Positions 51,795 through 61,525 of a stretch of 64,000 bases of DNA are shown piece by piece. The notes beneath the pieces were generated by a model, which was not told the origin of the DNA, made no database searches, and saw only the letters and a program-made list of their open reading frames with translations. Both the position numbers and the translations under genes were made by a program. Position 1 is the stretch's first letter, and each line of letters begins with the position of its first letter. Source of the stretch: Escherichia phage TH12; the sequence record MT446390.1; one strand, written 5' to 3'.

Positions 51795-52775
51795 ATGTTC
51801 AACGTTCAAATCAAAAAAGGTATCTATCGTAATAATGAAATCTCCGGTTCTTATGTTGCCACAAAGACATGGTTCCCAGCAAAGCTTAATCCTGAATGTT
51901 CCCACTTAGGTGACGGTAAAATTTTCGTTATGATTGATGGTTCTGAACGTGGAGTATGGGTCTTCAAATCAGACATCGTAATGGAAGGAGTTGAGACGAC
52001 ACCAGTTGCAGTTGTTGAAAGCACTGAAGATATGAAAACTCGTATCAACAAACGCTTTAAAGTAATGAACATGATGACGAATGGCATTATCGATGGCAAA
52101 ATTCGTTCACTCATTATTTCAGGTGCAGCTGGTATTGGTAAGACGTATTCTCTGGATAAAGCGCTTAATAATGCTAATGATAATGGTTTCATCAAATACA
52201 AAAGCATTAATGGTAAAATCTCTGGTATTGGCCTTTACGAACAACTTTGGCTCAACCGTGATGCAGACAGCGTTCTCTTAATCGACGATGTTGATGTATT
52301 CTCGGATATGGATATCTTGAACCTTCTTAAAGCAGCATTAGATACTGGTGATAAACGCAAAGTTTGCTGGAGCACTGCATCATCTTATCTTGATGATAAG
52401 GGTATCGATAAAGAATTTGAGTTTGAAGGTACTATTGTTTTCATTACAAACGTTGATATCGATAAAGAGTTAGAACGCGGTTCGAAACTTGCTCCGCACC
52501 TTCAAGCTTTAGTATCTCGTTCAGTGTATCTCGACCTTGGAGTACACTCTAATGAAGAGATTATGGTTCGAGTTGAAGATGTAATATTATCTACTGACAT
52601 GATGCAGAAACGTGGTCTGACGGATGCAGAAACGTATAAAGCATTGTCCTGGATGAAGGCTAACGTATCTCGTCTTCGCAATGTATCATTACGTACGGCT
52701 CTTTATGTAGCAGATTTTATTTCAACCGATAAAGATGGTTGGGAGGAAATCTCTGAAGTAACTTTACTGAAATAA
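51795..52775 (+). CDS. AAA+/P-loop ATPase
   Basis: Start at ATG 51795 (MFNVQIKKG...) after RBS TGGAGAA; Walker A ISGAAGIGKTYS, Walker B VLLIDDVDVF, sensor-1-like IVFITNVD. Confidence 0.6.
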   Translation: MFNVQIKKGIYRNNEISGSYVATKTWFPAKLNPECSHLGDGKIFVMIDGSERGVWVFKSDIVMEGVETTPVAVVESTEDMKTRINKRFKVMNMMTNGIIDGKIRSLIISGAAGIGKTYSLDKALNNANDNGFIKYKSINGKISGIGLYEQLWLNRDADSVLLIDDVDVFSDMDILNLLKAALDTGDKRKVCWSTASSYLDDKGIDKEFEFEGTIVFITNVDIDKELERGSKLAPHLQALVSRSVYLDLGVHSNEEIMVRVEDVILSTDMMQKRGLTDAETYKALSWMKANVSRLRNVSLRTALYVADFISTDKDGWEEISEVTLLK

Positions 52776-52907
52776 GCTTATAGGAAGTTCTGAGGTAAGC
52801 CATAAAGATGAATAATCATATGGCTTACCTCAAAGAAGGACACCAGGAACCTACTGAGGGCATAGAAATATTTAAAATAATGATGTACAAATCAAAGAGG
52901 ATATGTT

Positions 52908-53195
52908 ATGGATTTTATGCAAAAAAATAAAGCCGCAGTCGAACTCTATGCTCATCGTATGGTTAGTTCTACAATGCAATATAGCGAGGAAGTTCGCCAG
53001 GACTCTTCCTTGAAAGGAAAAACTAAAGCCTTAATTACCTTAGATCGTTTGCAAAAGAATGCCATAGAGATGCTCCAGTACGACAAGAGTGTATATAAGA
53101 AAGAACAGGAAGAGAAACTTAAATCTGAAAAGTTACAGAAAACCCCGAAGTCGGTTTGGTTCAGTGGAAAAAATACTGAAAAAAGTTTCTTTTAG
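52908..53195 (+). CDS. hypothetical protein
   Basis: 95 aa ORF. Confidence 0.45.
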   Translation: MDFMQKNKAAVELYAHRMVSSTMQYSEEVRQDSSLKGKTKALITLDRLQKNAIEMLQYDKSVYKKEQEEKLKSEKLQKTPKSVWFSGKNTEKSFF

Positions 53196-53197
53196 TT

Positions 53198-53231
53198 GTT
53201 TACAAGGTCTATGGTTGTGTTATTATAGACC
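53198..53231 (+). promoter_or_regulatory. early promoter / stem-loop cassette
   Basis: GTTTAC; TATTAT; inverted repeat GGTCTAT/ATAGACC. Confidence 0.55.
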
Positions 53232-53253
53232 TATCAACTACTGGAGGTAAAAC

Positions 53254-53781
53254 ATGAACGCTAAAGATATTTTCAACCTGGTAAATTATAACGACGGTAA
53301 ATTTAAATCTGAAGCACAGAGCAAGTTCTTTAATGACGTTGCTTATGGTAACGAGATTACCGTGGATGGAGGTCAGATTTTCAAATCTCGCTGGAATTGG
53401 ATTGCTATCATCGATTCAGTTGGAATTGTGGAAGTCTACAAAAACACTAACAAAAAACGTACATTATTCTGGTCTCGTGAAACTAACGAACAGTACAAAA
53501 AGGATAAAGCATCTCGTTTATCCAAAGTAACCCAGGAAGATATCGAGTTTATCAAGAAAGATATCGAGATGTACGAAAATTTAATAGCTGAAGACCAGGC
53601 AGTACTCGATAAGTTTGATGAAATTAAAGCTTCTCGTGAAATCCCTGACTTCATGAAAGAAACAGTAAACGAACGATACGCTCTCACTTCAGAACGTATT
53701 GCAAACTATACAAAACAGAAAGCAGAACGTATTAGTACTCTTCGGAAATTTGAAGAACGTTTAAAGACGGTTCACGCATAA
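53254..53781 (+). CDS. hypothetical protein
   Basis: 175 aa ORF with RBS TGGAGGT. Confidence 0.5.
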   Translation: MNAKDIFNLVNYNDGKFKSEAQSKFFNDVAYGNEITVDGGQIFKSRWNWIAIIDSVGIVEVYKNTNKKRTLFWSRETNEQYKKDKASRLSKVTQEDIEFIKKDIEMYENLIAEDQAVLDKFDEIKASREIPDFMKETVNERYALTSERIANYTKQKAERISTLRKFEERLKTVHA

Positions 53782-53843
53782 ACGCTTTACCCAAGGACGG
53801 GTTATAATGGTTTTGAGTTCCAATTCAATCTGAGGAAATAGTT

Positions 53844-54839
53844 ATGAGCATTATATCTGATGCGGTAAAACATGAAATTAACGGTTTATGTGCTTCACAG
53901 ATTAAAGTGTGGTTTAAAGACCATAACGATCGCAGAGCACTTAATTATGAGCAAATTGCTATCCAAGTTCATCAATTACTGACTAGTAAATTTGATTTTC
54001 ATATGCCATCTGAAATCTATACTAATCTGCCACGAGCACTTATTAAAGCGTGTAAAGGTTATGGAAAATCAATGGCTGATGGAATCTTCAGCGCGCTGAA
54101 TAAACTTAACGTTCTGTCGATGATTAACTCTAACAATATCCTGCGTAATCTAGGACGTACTGATTTGTTCGGACGTGAACAGTGTAAAATGCCTTTGAAA
54201 TGGATTGTTGCTCATCTTAACGAGAACCAAACACGTTTTATGGCCGTAACAGCACGTTTACAAATGGGCTTAGATCGTCAGATGAACTTTAAAACTCATC
54301 CATGTTATTCAGGTTCAACAGACTTTTATAAATGCGAGCTTCAAAAGGTCGGTGGCAAAACTGTCTTAGTAGTTCGTGTAACGTTTGAAGGACGACGTCA
54401 AGGATATTTTGACATAATCGGCTCTGGTCTTAAACATTGTGGATTTATCAACGAAGTTGATATCAAGCGAGACAGCGTTGGATACCGTATTGGGTATGTT
54501 TGTACTCTTAAAGAAGAGATTTCAGGACCAGCACCAGGACTAAAAGACGTTAGATATAAAGACGAGCTCGTTGAAGAAATAAAAGAAGTTGAATATGATA
54601 TCAACCAAGAAGATGCTCTTAAAGACCTTATTGACGAACTAAACCAAGACGTTATTCCGGTTCAGAAATTTGAATCAAAACATGCTGAGCAAATCAAATA
54701 CTTTGAAGCTTTGATTAACGAACTTAATGTAACTATTCAACAGACTGACGATGAAATCTCACGATTAGCAGGCTTAAATGGTAAAAATAAAACAGAACGA
54801 GCTAATCTTATTCAAGTAGTAAAACTTCTTAAGGAATGA
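53844..54839 (+). CDS. hypothetical protein with C-terminal coiled coil
   Basis: 331 aa ORF with RBS TGAGGAAA. Confidence 0.5.
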   Translation: MSIISDAVKHEINGLCASQIKVWFKDHNDRRALNYEQIAIQVHQLLTSKFDFHMPSEIYTNLPRALIKACKGYGKSMADGIFSALNKLNVLSMINSNNILRNLGRTDLFGREQCKMPLKWIVAHLNENQTRFMAVTARLQMGLDRQMNFKTHPCYSGSTDFYKCELQKVGGKTVLVVRVTFEGRRQGYFDIIGSGLKHCGFINEVDIKRDSVGYRIGYVCTLKEEISGPAPGLKDVRYKDELVEEIKEVEYDINQEDALKDLIDELNQDVIPVQKFESKHAEQIKYFEALINELNVTIQQTDDEISRLAGLNGKNKTERANLIQVVKLLKE

Positions 54840-54843
54840 TGTA

Positions 54844-54868
54844 CAACCAAGGATGGTTGGAGTATAAT
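54844..54868 (+). promoter_or_regulatory. early promoter cassette (25-nt repeat copy 1)
   Basis: CAACCAAGGATGGTTGGAGTATAAT, identical to the copy at 55874-55898. Confidence 0.55.
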
Positions 54869-54894
54869 AAATTTTTCAACATGAGGAATATAAA

Positions 54895-55854
54895 ATGGCT
54901 TTTATTACACGTAGAGAACTTATCAAAGAATTTACCTCGAACGCATATACTCCAGGACCTAATCCTATCCGTATGCCTGTAAAGACTCCTGAAGAGATTG
55001 AGGAAATCTGTTCGTATTATGGGATTACTTCTCGTATGTTTACTCAATTTGAATGTGTTACTAACACGCCCGTTAAAGAGTTCATTAAAAATGGTGAGTT
55101 CAGCCGTTTATTAGCCAAACAGAAACTTCGTAATTTTTGTATTGGCGGTTGTGGACAATATTTCGCTAAGCAGTTCCGGAATAACCTTAACAATCTGATG
55201 GCCATTGCTTCTCGTATTCGTCCTCAAGCAATTAACATGAAACATTTGAAATATACTTACGATAAGTTAGAAATCATGGTTATCAGTGAGAACGAGTTCA
55301 CTCTTACGTATAAACCTAAGAATGATAACGTTGCTCGTGTATTCCACCAAGCGCTAGAAGTGTTAGGCGATAATATCCATGAGATTAAAGCAATTTATTC
55401 TCGTGAGCTTAATATTATCGACCCTATCAAGAATAAGGGCCATATCGCTATCCAGGCTCGTGTATCTATTGGTAAAAAGGTTCCTGCGCCATGGTGGCAC
55501 AAAGACTCTGAATACTATCAAAATCTTAAAAAGGAAAATGCAACGTTCGAAGGCAATATCACAGCAACACCAGTCGGTAATGCAGAGGTTCTAAGCGCAT
55601 ATTCTCCGACACAACCCGGTATGTTTAAAGGTTTGCCAAATGTGTGCAAACTGTCGGCAGTAAAACTAAATGTTTCTAATGACCTTCTTCCGGCCGAAGA
55701 TTATCATTACAACCAAATCAAGGCTACTGTAGACCAACTGTCCGTTGAACTTGACAAAGCACAAGCTAAGCTTCGTGATGCTCAAAGTGTTGTAACGAAT
55801 CTCCAGTTGCAGTACTCTAAACTTTTTAATGCAATGAATGCATTAAAATCATAA
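54895..55854 (+). CDS. hypothetical protein with C-terminal coiled coil
   Basis: 319 aa ORF; flanked on both sides by identical promoter cassettes. Confidence 0.5.
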   Translation: MAFITRRELIKEFTSNAYTPGPNPIRMPVKTPEEIEEICSYYGITSRMFTQFECVTNTPVKEFIKNGEFSRLLAKQKLRNFCIGGCGQYFAKQFRNNLNNLMAIASRIRPQAINMKHLKYTYDKLEIMVISENEFTLTYKPKNDNVARVFHQALEVLGDNIHEIKAIYSRELNIIDPIKNKGHIAIQARVSIGKKVPAPWWHKDSEYYQNLKKENATFEGNITATPVGNAEVLSAYSPTQPGMFKGLPNVCKLSAVKLNVSNDLLPAEDYHYNQIKATVDQLSVELDKAQAKLRDAQSVVTNLQLQYSKLFNAMNALKS

Positions 55855-55868
55855 AACGGTTTACAACC

Positions 55869-55898
55869 AAGGATGGTTGGAGTATAATGAATCTATCT
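55869..55898 (+). promoter_or_regulatory. early promoter cassette (25-nt repeat copy 2)
   Basis: GTTTAC at 55869 then CAACCAAGGATGGTTGGAGTATAAT. Confidence 0.6.
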
Positions 55899-55916
55899 TA
55901 ACGAGAGGAAAATATT

Positions 55917-56867
55917 ATGACACGTTCACATTACATTGAATACTTTGCCGGTCTTATCGCTAACGTTCATGCCCAGCGCGCTGTTGGTGCACTAGGATTT
56001 GATGTTCCACACCGAGATGTAGTAAGTGGTATTCTTCGCGATTTTGGTACATACACAGGTCAAGAAAATCATATCTGTAAAGATACTCAGAATGCGTATT
56101 CTCATTCATTAGGGACACTGCTTCAATGGTTCAAACGTTCTCGTTTATTATCTTCTACTGTAGCTCGCGATAACATTAAAAACTTTATGAAACCGAGCTT
56201 TATTAAATCTGTGACATCTAAAACCGATTTGGTTGAATTCACTATTGTTAATGATGTTAAAAAGACTCATTTGGCTGATTGGTTATCTACCATTCCTGAA
56301 ACTAAATTCGCTGATAAATTTGCTTGTGAATTCAATAACCAAGTGAATATGCTTTTTAAACATTCTCGTAAATTATTCACGGGCGGTGATGGTCGTACAA
56401 ATAAAGTTCATGTTAAAGATTGGGTTACTGCAGTATTCAAACCGACCGGTAATGGTAACGCATCATTATCAATTGATATCCAGGTTCCTTATTACTACTC
56501 ACGTAATCTCGGTACCATGAAAGCTGAAGAAATTAATAAGCATAACAAAACCGTTCGTTCATTGTCTTATAAACTTATTACATTGTTAGAGACTATGGAT
56601 GTTGTTGAAACGTTCGACGAATCCGAAGATAACGGTTCAATGTTATACAGTTCTCGCACCCGAATTAAGCTGAAGAACCCTAACGAGTATAAACTTAAGA
56701 CTATTAAAGAACCTAAAGTAGAAAAAGTTGACAACTTGAGCGAAGAACGTGAATATCTCAAATCTCGTCTGAAAGAAGTCGAAGCCCAGATTAAAGAACA
56801 GACTAAATCATTAAAAGCTCTGAATGCAAAAGCTGATGGTTTACGAAATGCTATTGAGGTTTTATAA
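55917..56867 (+). CDS. hypothetical protein with C-terminal coiled coil
   Basis: 316 aa ORF with RBS GAGAGGAAA. Confidence 0.5.
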   Translation: MTRSHYIEYFAGLIANVHAQRAVGALGFDVPHRDVVSGILRDFGTYTGQENHICKDTQNAYSHSLGTLLQWFKRSRLLSSTVARDNIKNFMKPSFIKSVTSKTDLVEFTIVNDVKKTHLADWLSTIPETKFADKFACEFNNQVNMLFKHSRKLFTGGDGRTNKVHVKDWVTAVFKPTGNGNASLSIDIQVPYYYSRNLGTMKAEEINKHNKTVRSLSYKLITLLETMDVVETFDESEDNGSMLYSSRTRIKLKNPNEYKLKTIKEPKVEKVDNLSEEREYLKSRLKEVEAQIKEQTKSLKALNAKADGLRNAIEVL

Positions 56868-57172
56868 TGAAACTACGTCTTTTAGAGGATATTGATATGA
56901 GCACTAATCATGGCTTGGTTAAGTTTATTGACGATAGTTCAAAGATTGAATTTGTTCAGCGAGATAAAATCCACGGTGAAGAAGAGTTCGTTCCTCCGGC
57001 ATGGAACGAAATCATGAAAATGGTTGAACGACGTGAAAATGCTGCCAAATCGGCGGCAAAACATCCATGCCCGGAATGTGGAACTATCCAAGTCCAACTG
57101 GTTAACTGGACCACTGATAACTTGAAATTGAAATGCCGTAAATGCTTCCACAAATTTGAGAGAATATTATAA
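56867..57172 (+). CDS. hypothetical Zn-ribbon protein
   Basis: 101 aa; CPECG...CRKCFHKF C-terminal four-Cys motif. Confidence 0.5.
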   Translation: MKLRLLEDIDMSTNHGLVKFIDDSSKIEFVQRDKIHGEEEFVPPAWNEIMKMVERRENAAKSAAKHPCPECGTIQVQLVNWTTDNLKLKCRKCFHKFERIL

Positions 57173-57585
57173 TGAGATATAGCCTTCGTTGTTTTATCGC
57201 AGCTTTAGTTTTTGCCGTTATTCCATTCATTTGGAACAGTCAGAATACTTACATGGAAACTAAAGTAATTCCTGTGGAGGTAGTGGAATTAATCTCAGGC
57301 CAATCTACAGGAAAATATTCTAAATTAGAATTTATTGCAGTCTATAAAGATGAGCAAGGACGAGTTTTTGACAGGCGTGTATCGCCATCGTTTTATACGC
57401 TTCTGAATAAAGGTGATACGATAGCTATAGAAATTCGTGAGATGGATATCAAACAAACTACTAAAGATAACTTGATTTGGTTCTTTGGTACAGTGTTGTT
57501 GGTTTCTATTTGTATCACAGGTTTTATTACATGTATTGTATTTGGCATTGCATATTTAATCGATGAAAGGAAAAATAATGTTTAA
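57172..57585 (+). CDS. hypothetical membrane protein
   Basis: 137 aa; N- and C-terminal TM helices; overlaps nrdC start. Confidence 0.5.
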   Translation: MRYSLRCFIAALVFAVIPFIWNSQNTYMETKVIPVEVVELISGQSTGKYSKLEFIAVYKDEQGRVFDRRVSPSFYTLLNKGDTIAIEIREMDIKQTTKDNLIWFFGTVLLVSICITGFITCIVFGIAYLIDERKNNV

Positions 57586-57841
57586 AGTGTACGGGTATGA
57601 CTCTACTATTCATAAATGCATTTATTGCGATAATGCGAAACGACTGCTGACTGTTAAGAAACAGCCATTCGAATTCATTAACGTTATGCCAGAAAAAGGT
57701 GTATTCGATGATGAGAAAATTGCTGAGCTTCTGGTTAAGCTTGGACGTGAATCACAAGTTGGATTGACTATGCCTCAAGTGTTTGCTCCTGACGGAAGTC
57801 ACATTGGTGGATTTGACCAACTACGAGAATATTTTAAATGA
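57578..57841 (+). CDS. nrdC: thioredoxin/glutaredoxin NrdC
   Basis: Start at MFKVYGYDSTIHKCIYCDNAKRLL...; near-identical to T4 NrdC. Confidence 0.9.
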   Translation: MFKVYGYDSTIHKCIYCDNAKRLLTVKKQPFEFINVMPEKGVFDDEKIAELLVKLGRESQVGLTMPQVFAPDGSHIGGFDQLREYFK

Positions 57842-58134
57842 GTATTGATTTAACTTTCCCTGGCCCTTATGACCAGAACGAATTAGAAACTTTGTTATAT
57901 CAAGAAATGTGCTCTCGTGCTAAGAACGATATTCAGTATGCTATTGATAATCCATGGGGCGAATTTCGGGTAATGATGGGTAATAGAATCATCGGTGTCC
58001 AATGGCGATTCGTTGGCCTTGAGCCTGAGGACTATGAAGAAAACGAGCATGGTGACTGGATTCCTGTTGGTGAATACCACTGGGAATACGGTGGTCCTGA
58101 CTTCGAAGTTTCCTGTGCATGGGTAGAACAATAA
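57838..58134 (+). CDS. hypothetical protein
   Basis: 98 aa ORF, ATGA overlap with nrdC. Confidence 0.45.
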   Translation: MSIDLTFPGPYDQNELETLLYQEMCSRAKNDIQYAIDNPWGEFRVMMGNRIIGVQWRFVGLEPEDYEENEHGDWIPVGEYHWEYGGPDFEVSCAWVEQ

Positions 58135-58152
58135 ACTGCGAGAATATTTTAA

Positions 58153-58488
58153 ATGAACGATATTGATTTCGCCAAAGCATATAAATTTGTAGCAACTCTT
58201 CTCGGTCCTGACGCTCCTACTAAGCTTGAAGTTTTAAATTCTATTCCGACTTCATTGGTTCGAGATGCTGAAATATGGACATGGGACGACTCGGCTGTTT
58301 GTGAAGATCTGTACATTCTGATGAATGACATGATGGTTAAAAAGCCTGAAACAATGGTTACTATTACTGTTGAAGAATATAATCGCCTGCAAGCCATTGA
58401 AGAGCTTCTGTGGAACATTGAATGTGACCTGCCGTCAGGGCTAGAATCCTGGATTGATTATGAAGAGCTCAATAAACTCCGGGGTTAA
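58153..58488 (+). CDS. hypothetical protein
   Basis: 111 aa ORF. Confidence 0.45.
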   Translation: MNDIDFAKAYKFVATLLGPDAPTKLEVLNSIPTSLVRDAEIWTWDDSAVCEDLYILMNDMMVKKPETMVTITVEEYNRLQAIEELLWNIECDLPSGLESWIDYEELNKLRG

Positions 58489-58616
58489 ACCGTGGTATTC
58501 TGCTCGATGGGAGACTGTCGAGCCAGACGTCGAAACGGTTTACAACGACGAAGAACCATGTTATGATGAACCTTCAATAAATGAATTAATTGATATGGAA
58601 ATGGGAAGAGATTATT

Positions 58617-58787
58617 ATGCAAGTTAAATTATTGTACCGTTTATTAAAAAATGGCAAGCATGATTGGTATTTGCTTATTAAAACCGATCCGAATTTTTTC
58701 TCTGGACAACCATTTACAGTTCGTCCTACTAAACGTCAGCTTCGCAAAGCTAAACGTTCTCATCGTAACTTTTATAGAGAATATTGA
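58617..58787 (+). CDS. small basic hypothetical protein
   Basis: Start at ATG 58617 (MQVKLLYRLLKNGKHDWY...). Confidence 0.35.
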   Translation: MQVKLLYRLLKNGKHDWYLLIKTDPNFFSGQPFTVRPTKRQLRKAKRSHRNFYREY

Positions 58788-58788
58788 T

Positions 58789-59202
58789 ATGAATATTTCT
58801 GAAACTCGCGGTAAATGGTTCAAGATTGTTAAAGAAGACGAAGAACTACAAGACAAGTTTCCTGAATTAAAGAAAGGAACAATCATCAAGGTAATTGGTA
58901 CTACTACCGAAGATGGTTATGGCGACCATGGCATTATCGAAGTGATGTTGAACACAGGTGAGAAACTTTGCATCTATGACCGTGATACTTCTCTTTGGTG
59001 CTTCTGGGAATCCCATTCAATAGATGAACTCGAAGAAATTGACCAAGTAGTTTGTGATGGTGGACTTGGTGAATTCGAAGGTGAACGTATTTCTTATGCT
59101 TTAGCTAAATTAGCTGGTCAAGAAAATAATGACGGTTATGAAGGTAATCTGATGCAAGCCGCAGCGGAATACATTGAATATTTAGAAAGACGTTTAAGTT
59201 AA
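58789..59202 (+). CDS. hypothetical protein
   Basis: Start at ATG 58789 (MNISETRGKWFKIVKEDEE...); the track ORF extends upstream in the same frame. Confidence 0.5.
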   Translation: MNISETRGKWFKIVKEDEELQDKFPELKKGTIIKVIGTTTEDGYGDHGIIEVMLNTGEKLCIYDRDTSLWCFWESHSIDELEEIDQVVCDGGLGEFEGERISYALAKLAGQENNDGYEGNLMQAAAEYIEYLERRLS

Positions 59203-59237
59203 TAAATACCCTTATCTATTTAAGGTAAGGGTTTATT

Positions 59238-59711
59238 ATGTTATTATCTGGCAAATTATACAAAGAAGAAAAACAAAAATTTTATGATGCACAGAACGGT
59301 AAGTGTCCTATTTGCCACCGTGAATTAGACCCTGATGTTCAAGGTAACCATCTTGACCACGACCACGAGTTAAACGGGCCAAAAGCCGGTAGAGTTCGTG
59401 GATTACTCTGTAATCTGTGCAACGCAGCAGAAGGCCAAATGAAGCATAAGTTCAACCGTTCTGGTCTTAAAGGTCAAAACGTTGATTACCTCGAATGGCT
59501 TGAAGCTCTTCTTGCTTATTTGAAACAAGATTATTCTGATAATAATATCCATCCTAATTTTGTTCCAGACAAAACTAAAGAGTTCTCAAGACTAGGTAAA
59601 GAGGAAATGATGGCTGAGATGCTTCAAAGAGGATTTGAATATACTGAATCTGATACTAAAACACAATTAATAGCTTCATTCAAAAAGCAGCTTAGAAAGA
59701 GTTTAAAATGA
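59238..59711 (+). CDS. 49: endonuclease VII (Holliday junction resolvase gp49)
   Basis: 157 aa; MLLSGKLYKEEKQKFYDAQNGKCPICHRELDPD...HLDHDHELNGPKAGRVRGLLCNLCN; matches T4 gp49. Confidence 0.95.
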   Translation: MLLSGKLYKEEKQKFYDAQNGKCPICHRELDPDVQGNHLDHDHELNGPKAGRVRGLLCNLCNAAEGQMKHKFNRSGLKGQNVDYLEWLEALLAYLKQDYSDNNIHPNFVPDKTKEFSRLGKEEMMAEMLQRGFEYTESDTKTQLIASFKKQLRKSLK

Positions 59712-61525
59712 AAATTGAAAAAGAAATTGAAGGATTAATTTATAAAACTAATAAAGATCTTTTGAACGAGAATGCTAATAAAGATTCTCGTGTTTTTCCA
59801 ACTCAACGGGACCTTATGGCTGGTATTGTGTCTAAGCACATTGCCAAAAATATGGTCCCGTCTTTTATTATGAATGCGCATGAAAGCGGAATCATTCATA
59901 TGCATGATATTGATTATTCTCCTGCTCTTCCGTTTACTAATTGTTGTTTAGTCGATTTAAAGGGGATGCTTGAGAATGGATTTAAATTAGGCAATGCTCA
60001 AATTGAAACGCCTAAATCGATTGGTGTTGCTACTGCAATTATGGCACAAATTACTGCACAAGTTGCTTCCCATCAGTATGGCGGAACTACATTTGCGAAT
60101 GTCGATAAAGTTCTTTCTCCTTATGTTAAACGTACATACGCTAAACATGTTGAAGATGCAGAAAAATGGCAAATACCAGACATTCTGAATTATGCTCAAT
60201 CTAAAACAGAAAAAGACGTATACGATGCATTCCAAGCTTATGAATATGAGGTAAATACTCTTTTTAGTTCAAACGGTCAAACGCCTTTTGTAACAATTAC
60301 ATTTGGTACTGGAACTGATTGGACCGAACGAATGATTCAGAAAGCAATTCTGAAAAATCGGATTAAAGGTCTCGGTCGTGATGGAATAACTCCTATTTTT
60401 CCTAAACTTGTTATGTTTGTTGAAGAAGGTGTTAATCTTTATAAAGATGATCCGAACTATGATATTAAACAACTTGCGTTAGAATGTGCAAGCAAAAGAA
60501 TGTATCCTGACATTATTTCGGTTAAGAATAATAAAGCTATTACTGGTTCTTCAGTTCCAGTTTCTCCAATGGGTTGCCGTAGTTTCTTGAGTGTATGGAA
60601 AGATTCGACTGGTAATGAAATTCTTGATGGACGTAATAATCTCGGTGTTGTAACACTGAATCTTCCTCGCATCGCGTTAGATTCTTATATTGGAACACAG
60701 TTCAATGAACAGAAATTTGTTGAGCTATTTAATGAACGAATGGATCTGTGCTTTGAAGCCTTGATGTGTAGAATTAGTTCCTTAAAAGGAGTTAAAGCGA
60801 CTGTTGCTCCTATTCTTTACCAAGAAGGTGCATTCGGGGTTCGTCTTAAACCTGATGACGACATAATTGAGTTATTTAAAAACGGTAGAAGTTCAGTGTC
60901 TTTAGGATACATTGGTATTCACGAATTGAATATTCTTGTCGGACGTGATATTGGACAAGAAATTTTAACTAAAATGAATGCTCATCTTAAACAGTGGACC
61001 GAAAGAACTGGATTTGCTTTTAGCTTATATTCTACTCCTGCTGAAAACCTTTGTTATCGCTTCTGTAAACTTGATACAGAAAAATATGGAAGTGTAAAAG
61101 ATGTCACTGATAAAGGCTGGTACACTAACAGTTTCCATGTTTCAGTAGAAGAAAATATTACTCCGTTTGAAAAGATTTCTCGTGAAGCCCCATATCATTT
61201 CATTGCGACAGGCGGTCACATTTCTTATGTTGAACTTCCTGATATGAAAAATAACCTAAAAGGTCTTGAGGCTGTATGGGATTATGCTGCACAACATTTA
61301 GATTATTTTGGTGTTAATATGCCAGTAGATAAATGTTTTACATGTGGAAGTACTCATGAAATGACTCCTACTGAAAATGGATTTGTTTGTTCAGTTTGCG
61401 GAGAAACTGATCCTAAAAAGATGAACACTATAAGAAGGACCTGCGGTTATTTGGGAAATCCGAACGAGCGCGGATTTAATCTAGGCAAAAATAAAGAAAT
61501 CATGCATAGGGTTAAACACCAATGA
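59708..61525 (+). CDS. nrdD: anaerobic ribonucleoside-triphosphate reductase NrdD
   Basis: 605 aa; C-terminal Zn-ribbon and glycyl-radical region (CFTCGSTHEM...CSVCGE...RRTCGYLGNP); uninterrupted, no intron. Confidence 0.95.
   Translation: MKIEKEIEGLIYKTNKDLLNENANKDSRVFPTQRDLMAGIVSKHIAKNMVPSFIMNAHESGIIHMHDIDYSPALPFTNCCLVDLKGMLENGFKLGNAQIETPKSIGVATAIMAQITAQVASHQYGGTTFANVDKVLSPYVKRTYAKHVEDAEKWQIPDILNYAQSKTEKDVYDAFQAYEYEVNTLFSSNGQTPFVTITFGTGTDWTERMIQKAILKNRIKGLGRDGITPIFPKLVMFVEEGVNLYKDDPNYDIKQLALECASKRMYPDIISVKNNKAITGSSVPVSPMGCRSFLSVWKDSTGNEILDGRNNLGVVTLNLPRIALDSYIGTQFNEQKFVELFNERMDLCFEALMCRISSLKGVKATVAPILYQEGAFGVRLKPDDDIIELFKNGRSSVSLGYIGIHELNILVGRDIGQEILTKMNAHLKQWTERTGFAFSLYSTPAENLCYRFCKLDTEKYGSVKDVTDKGWYTNSFHVSVEENITPFEKISREAPYHFIATGGHISYVELPDMKNNLKGLEAVWDYAAQHLDYFGVNMPVDKCFTCGSTHEMTPTENGFVCSVCGETDPKKMNTIRRTCGYLGNPNERGFNLGKNKEIMHRVKHQ

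Noticed and set aside
59708-61525. Group I intron / homing endonuclease in nrdD (as in T4)
   Set aside because: nrdD is a single uninterrupted 605-aa reading frame; no intron-like insertion and no GIY-YIG or HNH ORF nearby. Likewise no segB-like gene between ipI and the tRNAs
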